NCBI GenBank assembly: GCA_002763225.1 | Contig: PFAI01000056.1 | Span: 707-17,749, forward strand | Length of the DNA stretch: 17,043 bases | Direction of reading: 5' to 3' | Source of the DNA: Candidatus Diapherotrites archaeon CG10_big_fil_rev_8_21_14_0_10_31_34 | GTDB lineage: Archaea; Iainarchaeota; Iainarchaeia; Iainarchaeales; 1-14-0-10-31-34 | In this document: one piece after another, positions 1 through 7,490 of the stretch | Layout of the letters: every line of letters starts with the position of its first letter | Numbering within the stretch: the first letter of the stretch is position 1 | The notes under the pieces: model-generated | Told to the model about the DNA's origin: nothing | What the model saw: only the letters and a program-made list of their open reading frames with translations | The model's database searches: none | Program-made: the position numbers and the translations under genes

Positions 1-203
1 CAGGAGTTCCAAGAAACATAAGAAAAGCAGTGGATGAATCAAAAGAAAAAATTCAGGCAAAAGATGAATTAGAAGTAAATATTAGTTCAGCAATATACCT
101 GCTTGACGACATAAGCAATGACATTAATATGCCCCAGCATACAAGAACAGAAATCTGGACAATAATAAGCGAGTTAGAAAACCTAAAAGAAAAAATAAAG
201 TAG
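1..203 (+). CDS. UPF0147 family protein, 5'-truncated by window edge
   Basis: Frame +3 is open from the window start to TAG at 201-203 and reads GVPRNIRKAVDESKEKIQAKDELEVNISSAIYLLDDISNDINMPQHTRTEIWTIISELENLKEKIK. The VPRNIR and LDDISNDxNMPxHTRTxIW motifs are typical of archaeal UPF0147. It is absent from the ORF track because no start lies in the window. Confidence 0.9.
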   Translation, partial: GVPRNIRKAVDESKEKIQAKDELEVNISSAIYLLDDISNDINMPQHTRTEIWTIISELENLKEKIK

Positions 204-208
204 TTAAA

Positions 209-1717
209 ATGGAACAAAAAGAAATAATTGAATTTGGGTCAGAAAAAAACATTATAATAGAAAATTCAGCAGTTGATTTAATCATAGAACAAAATCTGGA
301 TTACAAAAAAATAATTGAAGAAGCAATAGAAAAAGGATTGTTTGTAATTAAAAGAAAAATGATTGAAGAAAAAATAGTTTTAGATTCAACTAAACTGTCT
401 TCAACAAAAAAAGAAGAAACAATAAAATCTTTTTCTCCTAAAGCAGAAGAAATTGAATCAGATTATCAAATATTAGAAGAATTAAATGTGACAAACCAGT
501 CTTGTTCTGAAGGAAAAGTAAAAAATTTCCTGGAATTTTTCAGAGACAAATTCACTTCAATAGAAAAAATGCTTAAAGCAAGAGGAATGACAAATAAGCC
601 GATTAAAAGAATTAAAACTGTTTCAAAAGGCAATGAAGTTGAATTAATTGCAATGGTATTAGAAAAATGGAAAACAAAAAACGGGCACATTGGATTTAAA
701 TTAGAGGACTTAGAAGCAAACTGCATTGGAATAATTTTGAAAGACGATTTAGCTTTAATGAAAGAAAGTGAAAGAATTTTATGCGATAATGTTTTAGGAT
801 TTAAAGGAATTAAAGGAAACGAAGAAATGATTATAATCAAAGACGTGATTTTTCCTGAAATTCCTGTAAATAGTTTTAAAGGATCAAAAAGAGATGTTTT
901 TATGGTATGCATTTCAGACATGCATGTCGGAAGCAAACTGTTTTTAGAGGATTCATTTCAAAAATTTCTTTTATGGCTGAAAGGAAACACTGATAACCCA
1001 AAAGAAAAAGAAATAATAAACAAAATAAAATATTTGTGTGTTTTAGGAGACAATATTGACGGAATAGGGGTTTACCCAGACCAAATAAAAGAATTAAGCA
1101 TTAAAGACATTGGAAAACAATACGACAAATTTGTTGAATTAATTAAAGAAGTTCCTGATCATATTGAAGTATTTATTATTCCAGGACAGCATGATGCAGT
1201 AAGGTTTGCTGACCCACAACCAGCAATCCCAAAAGAATTTGTGGAAAAATTATATGAAAAAAAGAATTTTCATTTTTTAAGTTCTCCTGGCTGGGCTGAA
1301 ATAGAAGGACTAAAAGTATTGTTTTATCATGGTCCATCATTACACGATTTATATTCTAGTGTGAGTTTTTTAAGTTATTCTAATCCGGCTAAAGCAATAG
1401 AAGAACTAATAAAAAAAAGAGATTTAATGCCAGTTTATGGATTGAAAAGACCTTATGTTCCGGAAAAAAATAATTATATGGTAATCAAAGAAGTTCCGGA
1501 TATTTATTTAGGCGGAGACTTACACCATTATTCAATTGGAACTTACAGGGGAACAAAAATAATCAGCTGCGGAACATTTCAGGAAAGAACTAATTTTCAG
1601 ACACAACAAGGACATGTTCCGACTCCTGGCGCAGTAATATTATTAGAACTAAAAACAGGAAAAGTTTATGAAAAAAATTTTTATAAAGAAGAAGAAGTGT
1701 TAGAAAAAACGGTGTGA
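209..1717 (+). CDS. polB: DNA polymerase D small subunit DP1 (OB fold + calcineurin-like phosphoesterase / 3'-5' exonuclease), 502 aa
   Basis: Motifs ISDMHVGS, GDNIDGIGVYPDQ, PGQHDAVR..PQP, YHGPSL, KRDLMPVYG, PDIYLGGDLHH, GTFQERTNFQ and PTPG, plus an OB-like ELIAMVLEKWKTKNGH segment. It lies directly upstream of DP2. Confidence 0.96.
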   Translation: MEQKEIIEFGSEKNIIIENSAVDLIIEQNLDYKKIIEEAIEKGLFVIKRKMIEEKIVLDSTKLSSTKKEETIKSFSPKAEEIESDYQILEELNVTNQSCSEGKVKNFLEFFRDKFTSIEKMLKARGMTNKPIKRIKTVSKGNEVELIAMVLEKWKTKNGHIGFKLEDLEANCIGIILKDDLALMKESERILCDNVLGFKGIKGNEEMIIIKDVIFPEIPVNSFKGSKRDVFMVCISDMHVGSKLFLEDSFQKFLLWLKGNTDNPKEKEIINKIKYLCVLGDNIDGIGVYPDQIKELSIKDIGKQYDKFVELIKEVPDHIEVFIIPGQHDAVRFADPQPAIPKEFVEKLYEKKNFHFLSSPGWAEIEGLKVLFYHGPSLHDLYSSVSFLSYSNPAKAIEELIKKRDLMPVYGLKRPYVPEKNNYMVIKEVPDIYLGGDLHHYSIGTYRGTKIISCGTFQERTNFQTQQGHVPTPGAVILLELKTGKVYEKNFYKEEEVLEKTV

Positions 1718-1720
1718 AAA

Positions 1721-1829
1721 AACAACTTTTTAGAAAAAAGTTGTATCAAAAAAACCTTTTTAGAAAAAGGGTTTATCAAAAACAAAAGGTTGAACAAAAA
1801 AAACCTTCAGCAAAAAAGTTTAACAAAAA
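1721..1829 (+). repeat. Tandem palindromic (hairpin) repeat, 30-bp unit: two full copies plus two partial/degenerate copies
   Basis: Copy 1 (1721-1750) is AACAACTTTTTAGAAAAAAGTTGTATCAAA and copy 2 (1751-1780) is AAAACCTTTTTAGAAAAAGGGTTTATCAAA, 25/30 identical. Each has a 10-bp stem with an AGA loop. A half copy lies at 1784-1800 and a degenerate copy at 1801-1829. Confidence 0.85.
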
Positions 1830-1989
1830 TAAAATTAGAAAAAGAAAAAAAAATTAAAACAAAAAAATTAATTGAAAAAAAGAAATAAAAACAAAAAAAA
1901 GAAAAAAAATGAAGTAAAAAAAGACAAAAAAAACATTAAAAAATTAATTGAAAAAATTAAAATAAATGAAAAAAAAGAAATAAACTAAA
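1830..1989 (+). other. Extremely A-rich low-complexity intergenic tract
   Basis: Long A runs interrupted by recurring AAAAATTAATTGAAAAAA and GAAAAAAAGAAATAAA motifs, with almost no G/C and no credible ORF. Confidence 0.75.
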
Positions 1990-1998
1990 GTGAAAAAA

Positions 1999-4900
1999 AT
2001 GGAAGAAAAAGAAAACAAAACACCAGCAACAGAAACAATAGCTGAAACAAACACAACAACTGAAATAAATGCAACAACTGAAACAAAAGAAATTCCAGAA
2101 ACAAAAGGGATGTCAGAAACAAAAGAAACAGTTGAAACAAAAATAATTTCAGAAACAAAAGAAACAAAAACAGAAACAAACGCAACAACTGAAACAAAAG
2201 TAATTCCAGAACTAAAAGCAATCGTCGAAATACAAGATTATTTTAAAGAATTAGACAAAAAAGTAAGAATTCAATATAATTTAGCAAAAAATGCAAGAGA
2301 AACAGGGTTAGATTTAAGTGATAAAGTCGAATGTGTTCCTGTGACAGATTTAGCTGAAAGAACTGAAAGCATTATTGGCCCAAAAGGAGTAGCCAAAAGA
2401 TACAGAGAATTAGTTAAAGAACTAAAAGGAGACAGACTAAAAATAATGTTTACTTTATGCAAAGAAATAATCGAACAAGACTGGTGTGAAATTCCTGATG
2501 ACTCAAAAAGAATTGAACAAGCAATCAAAACCTGTTTGGTAATTGAAACAGAAGGAGTTGTTGTTGCGCCATTAGACGGAGTACCAGAAATAAAAATCAG
2601 TAAAAATATGGATGGAAGCAAATTTATTGACATTTATTTTGCCGGACCAATAAGAGCAGCAGGAGGAAGTTCAACTGTTTTACCATTAATTTTAGGAGAC
2701 TATGCAAGACATTTAATGGAATTAGACAGATACAAGCCAACAGAAGAAGAAGTTGAAAGATATGTTGAAGAAATAACAATTTATCAGACAGAAATTTTTT
2801 CAAGGCAATACAAAATTAGTGAAGATGAAATCAGAACTATTGTAAGAGGATGCCCTGTATGCATTAATGGAGTTCCAACAGAAGAAAAAGAAGTTTCAGT
2901 TCACAGAGATTTAGAAAGAATTCCTTCAAACAGAATCAGAGGAGGAATGGGATTAGTTATAACAGAAGGAGTTGCATTAAAAGCAATGAAAATAATGGAT
3001 TGGTCAAAAAAATTGGGTTTGGATTGGAGTTGGTTAGAAAAAATAATTAAAGTAAAAAAAGGAAGTGAAGAAAAAACAGAAATTAAGCCGAATTACAAGT
3101 ATTTGGATTCAATTGCTGCAGGAAGACCATTACTTGCTTATCCAATGAAATACGGCGGATTCAGGTTAAGGTATGGAAGAGGAAGAAACACAGGAATAAT
3201 GGGAAAAGCAATCAATCCTGCTACTATGGTTGTATTAGATGAATTTATTGCGGTCGGAACACACATTAGAATTGAACGACCTGGAAAAGCCGCTCAATTA
3301 TTTCCCTGTAATTCAATTGACGGCCCAATAGTTAAACTCAAAAATGGCAATGTAATGCGTTTGGATTCAGAAGAAGAAGCAGTAAAAGTAAAACCTCAAA
3401 TAGAAAAAATTTTATTTTTAGGAGACATTTTAGTTTCTTTAGGAGATTTCAGAAAAAGTTCTCATCCATTAATTCCAAGCTCTTTTGTAGAAGAATGGTT
3501 TGAATTAGAATTAAAAAAAGAATTAAAAGAAGGAAAACTTGAAGGAATAAAAGAAAAAGACATTAAAGATGTAAATTCAATTGATTGTTTTACTGCAGTT
3601 GAATTAAGCATGCAGTCAGGAATTCCATTGCATCCAAAGTTTTTGCATTATTATACTGCATTAAATTCAGAAGAAATAATTGAATTAATAAAAGAAGCAA
3701 AAAAAGCCGAAAAAGTTTTTGAAGGAGACAAAATAACAGGAGCAAAATTTGAGTTAACAGAAAAAACAAAGGAACTAATGGAAAAAATTGGTTTGCCCCA
3801 CAAACTTCAGGAAGAAAAAATTTTGATTGAAAAAGAATATGCTTATCCATTGCTTAAAACTTTAGGTGCATTAAGCACAAAAGAAATTCAAAAAACAGAA
3901 AAAGAAAAAAGTGTTTTAGATTTATTGACAGAAATTTCAGGGATAAAAATAATGGATAAAGGAGCAAGTTTTGTCGGAGCAAGAATGGGAAGACCTGAAC
4001 AGGCAAAACCAAGAGAAATGAAAGGAAACCCCCACGGATTATTCCCAATAGGAAATTACGGAGGAAATACCAGAAGTATTAACAAAGCAATTAATGCATT
4101 GAGTTCATCAAACAAAAAATTAAAAGCAGAACTGGCTTTATTTCGCTGTCCTAAATGCACTAAAATAATTCCTTTTTCTAACTGCAGGGAATGCGGAATA
4201 GAAACTCTTAGAGTAAGCAAGTGTTCAAAATGCGGCTGGATTGGAAAACAAGATGAAAAAAACTGCAAGCAATGCAAAGGAATAATGATTAAATCAGAAG
4301 AAAGAGAAATAGATTTAGAGGAAACAGTTAATGCTGGATTAGAAAAATTAAATGTCAGGATGCCAAACTTAATTAAAGGGGTAAAAGGATTAATTTCAGA
4401 TTTAAAAGAACCTGAACCAATAGAAAAAGCAATTTTAAGAGCAAAACATGAAATACATCTTTTTAGAGATGGAACAATGAGATTTGAATTACTTAATGCG
4501 CCAATAACTCATTTTAAACCAAAAGAAATTAATTTAAGTGTAGAAAAAGTAAAAGAATTAGGTTATAAAAAAGACTTTAAAGGAAACGAAATTACTTCAG
4601 AAGAACAAATAATTGAAATTTTTCCGCAAGACATTATTGTAAACGAAACTGCAGGAGACTGGATGCTGAAAGTAACTGCTTTTATTGATGAACTGCTAAA
4701 AAAATTTTATGGATTAAAAAGTTTTTATAACGCAAAAACAAAAGAAGATTTAATCGGAGAATTAGTAATTGGTTTGGCTCCGCACACTTCAGCAGGAATA
4801 ATTGGAAGAATTTTAGGTTACAGTAATTCAAGACTTGGCTGGGGCCATCCGTATTTTATCAGCTGCAAAAGAAGGAATTGTTTAACCGGAGATACCCCTG

Positions 4901-7077
4901 TTTTGATTCAGAATGGGAAAAAAATGAAAATCGTTTCAATAAACCATTTTGATGATAAAAGCGAAAAAGAAGAAATACCTTTAGAAAATGTTTTCACTTA
5001 TACAATTGATGAAAAAGGAATGCTTAAAACAAGAAAAGTTAATGCACTACTAAAACAAAAAGCGCCAAAACAATTGCTTAAATTCAAAACAAGGTTTGGA
5101 AGAGAAATAACTGCAACAGAAAATCATAAGCTTTTGACTTTTGACGGAATAAAAGTGTTTGAAAAACAGGCTTCAGAATTTAAAGAAGGAGAAAACTTAT
5201 TGGCATTGCATTCAATTAAATCAAATCAAATTCAAAAAGAATTCAATGCACTTGAATACTACCTAAAAAAACCTATTTTACAAAAAAAACTTTTGAGAGT
5301 CCATGGGTTAAAAAAAGAATTAAGAGAATTTGTTTTAAAAAATAAAGGGTTTACTGAAACGGCAAAAAGAATTGGCTGGAGAAACGGAAAAGCATTGCAT
5401 ACTGCAGTTGATTTTGATTCAGTTCCACTGGATTTATTTGAACTGCTTTTAAAAGACATGAAAAAACACGCAAAAGATTTTAGAAAATGCTTTATTGGAT
5501 ACAATAAACAGAAAAGCACTATCCCAGCAGTAATCCCTTTCAGCAAAGAATTAGGGGAATTGATTGGATACTTTCTTGCAGATGGATGGGCAAGAAATTC
5601 AAAAGAAAAAAACCAAGAGAAATTTGTTTGTCAAGTAAATTTTGTTTCAAATGAAAAAAAAATAACAGAAAAATTAGAGAAATCAATAAACAAAATATTT
5701 GGAAGAAAAGTTTCAGTTCAAAAAAGAAAACTTGATTATATTACTTTAAGTGGAAGAGTTTACTTTGAATTCTTTACTGAAATGCTTTGCGCAGGAAACA
5801 ATGCAAAAAACAAAAGAATTCCTTTCTTGCTTTTCAATGCAACAAAAGAATGCCTGCAGGGACTTCTTGCAGGATATATTGTAGGAGACGGGCATATTAA
5901 TTCTAATTCAATCAAAATGACTTCAGTTAACCAAAACCTGATAAACGATTTTGGGTTAGTCTGCAATCTGCTTGGGTTGTTCCCGCATTTTATTAATGAA
6001 AAAGAAAGAGAAATCAAATCAGGCTGTTTAAAAGAGTTTTATGAAAAAAAAGGAAAAAAAATTTTAATCAAAGCATACGGAATAAGGCTTTACTCAGAAG
6101 ACTTAAAGGAAATTGGAGGGAATTTATTTGGAAGAAAAAAAGAAAAATTCAAGGAAATTAATTTAACTCATAACTTCAGGAAAAAAAGACTGAAAAGAAT
6201 TGGAAACTTTGCATTAGATTCAATAAAAGAAATAAACAAAATTACAAGCAAAGAAAAATGGGTTTATGATTTAATGGTTGAAGGAGAAAAAAATTATATT
6301 GCAGGTTTTGGCAATCTAGCAGTATATGACTGCGACGGAGACCAGGATTCAATTATGCTGTTAATGGACGCACTGCTAAACTTTTCTGAACATTACCTGC
6401 CGAGCTCAAGAGGAGGAAGAATGGACGCCCCATTAGTTTTTACCACAGTATTAAATCCATCAGAAATAGACAACGAAGTATATGAAATGGAAACAGTTTC
6501 TTCTTATCCATTAAAATTCTATTATAATACATTAAATTATGCTGAACCAAGCCAGCAGGAAGTTGAAATAGTTAAAAAAAGATTAGGGAAAGTCGGACAA
6601 TACTCTGGATTGAATTTCACTCACAATACTGAAACATTTGACCAGGGCCCAAAACAGTCAATGTATGTTCAATTGAAAACAATGGAAGAAAAAATTAAAA
6701 GACAGGCAAAATTACAGCATAAAATTAGTGCAGTAGAAGAAAAAGACGCATTAGAAAGAGTTTTACTCTCTCATTTCCTTCCAGACATAATCGGAAATAC
6801 AAGAGCATTTTCAAAACAAAATTTTCGTTGCACTGCATGCAACACAAAATACAGGAGAGTTCCATTAGTAGGCAAATGCACTAAATGCTCTGGAAACCTG
6901 ATTTTAACTATTGCAGAAGGGTCAGTTAAAAAATACTTAAAAATTGCAAAAGAAATCATTCAAGAATATGAGTTAAGCAATTACTTAAAACAAAGAATTG
7001 AATTAGCAGAAAAAGAAATTTCTTCTGTATTCAAAAACGACAAAATAGAACAAAAATCTTTGCACGAATACCTTTAA
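1999..7077 (+). CDS. polC: DNA polymerase D large subunit DP2, intein-containing precursor (~1,692 aa; ~1,208 aa after splicing)
   Basis: DP2 motifs [90 protein letters not shown] and FLPDIIGN, with CxxC zinc fingers and a C-terminal PIP-like box. The start is either ATG 1999 (preceded by AAGTGA) or in-frame GTG 1990. Confidence 0.98.
   Translation: [1692 protein letters not shown]
2020..2220 (+). repeat. In-frame ~18-bp tandem repeat encoding an (x-x-E-T-K-x)n low-complexity N-terminal extension of DP2
   Basis: Translation [67 protein letters not shown]. Positions 2071-2100 and 2182-2211 are 29/30 identical. Confidence 0.85.
4879..6330 (+). mobile_element. Intein in DP2 (484 aa) with LAGLIDADG homing endonuclease
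   Basis: It interrupts the conserved KRRN|CDGD motif. Block A is CLTGDTPV, block B is [10 protein letters not shown], the two LAGLIDADG motifs are [12 protein letters not shown] (5551-5586) and [11 protein letters not shown] (~5860-5892), and block F is [16 protein letters not shown]. The C-terminus is AVYD followed by +1 Cys. Confidence 0.95.
7051..7074 (+). other. PCNA-interacting (PIP-box-like) motif at DP2 C-terminus
   Basis: Terminal QKSLHEYL fits Q-x-x-L-x-x-aromatic-hydrophobic. A C-terminal PIP box is known in DP2. Confidence 0.75.
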
Positions 7078-7079
7078 AT
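7073..7079 (+). promoter_or_regulatory. Putative TATA box for a leaderless transcript of the 7103 ORF
   Basis: TTTAAAT starts 30 nt upstream of ATG 7103 and is preceded by a BRE-like CGAATA. There is no SD, and the geometry matches that upstream of cdc6. Confidence 0.4.
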
Positions 7080-7102
7080 TAATTACTTGCCTTGAATTAG
7101 CT

Positions 7103-7483
7103 ATGCCTGTGCTAAAAAGACAAAGACCATTAAACAAAAAGTTTGAATACAAAGATCCTGCTTCTGGAAGGCATAGAACCCTACCAACAAGACCTTTAAT
7201 AAACTCTGCAGGGAAAGTCAAGAATCCAAAAGATATTATAACTAGAAAAACACAAGCATTAACAACTGAAAAATTAAAAATTACTCCTGAACTGACTTAC
7301 CAAGAAGCATTTAAAATTCTTCGAGGGTCAGGATTTAAAATAACCAACAATTTTATTTCTTCAAATACTGGAGTTAAATCCAAATTTACTGGCGGGAAAC
7401 TAACTGCAAAAGTCTCTGCAGGAACAGCAAGAAACTTAAACCGGCTTTTACAAGAAAACTTAAAAAGAAAGCAAAACAGATAA
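7103..7483 (+). CDS. Small highly basic hypothetical protein (126 aa)
   Basis: ATG-started ORF that fills the gap between DP2 and the convergent gene, with host-like codon usage. It is K/R-rich and no family was confidently recognised. Confidence 0.75.
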   Translation: MPVLKRQRPLNKKFEYKDPASGRHRTLPTRPLINSAGKVKNPKDIITRKTQALTTEKLKITPELTYQEAFKILRGSGFKITNNFISSNTGVKSKFTGGKLTAKVSAGTARNLNRLLQENLKRKQNR

Positions 7484-7490
7484 ACTAATT

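Noticed and set aside
1721..1829. Palindromic 30-bp repeats as a CRISPR array
   Set aside because: The copies are contiguous with no unique spacers, they diverge from one another, and there are no cas genes in the window.
1985..2221. 78-aa Leu/Phe-rich minus-strand ORF resembling a membrane peptide
   Set aside because: It is the antisense shadow of the A-rich ETK repeat in DP2; the hydrophobicity is a by-product of T-rich codons.
6328..6345. Alternative intein boundary that would give a canonical Asn end (e.g. at GN|L)
   Set aside because: The residue after that Asn is Leu, not a nucleophile. Only the cut AVYD|C restores KRRNCDGD exactly.
466..7221. Minus-strand ORFs within DP1/DP2 (466-936, 2271-2633, 3590-3850, 3854-4048, 4056-4277, 5259-5546, 5760-6017, 6771-6959, 7003-7221)
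   Set aside because: They lie antisense to well-supported genes, have the F/S/L/I-rich composition expected of shadows, and show no motifs.
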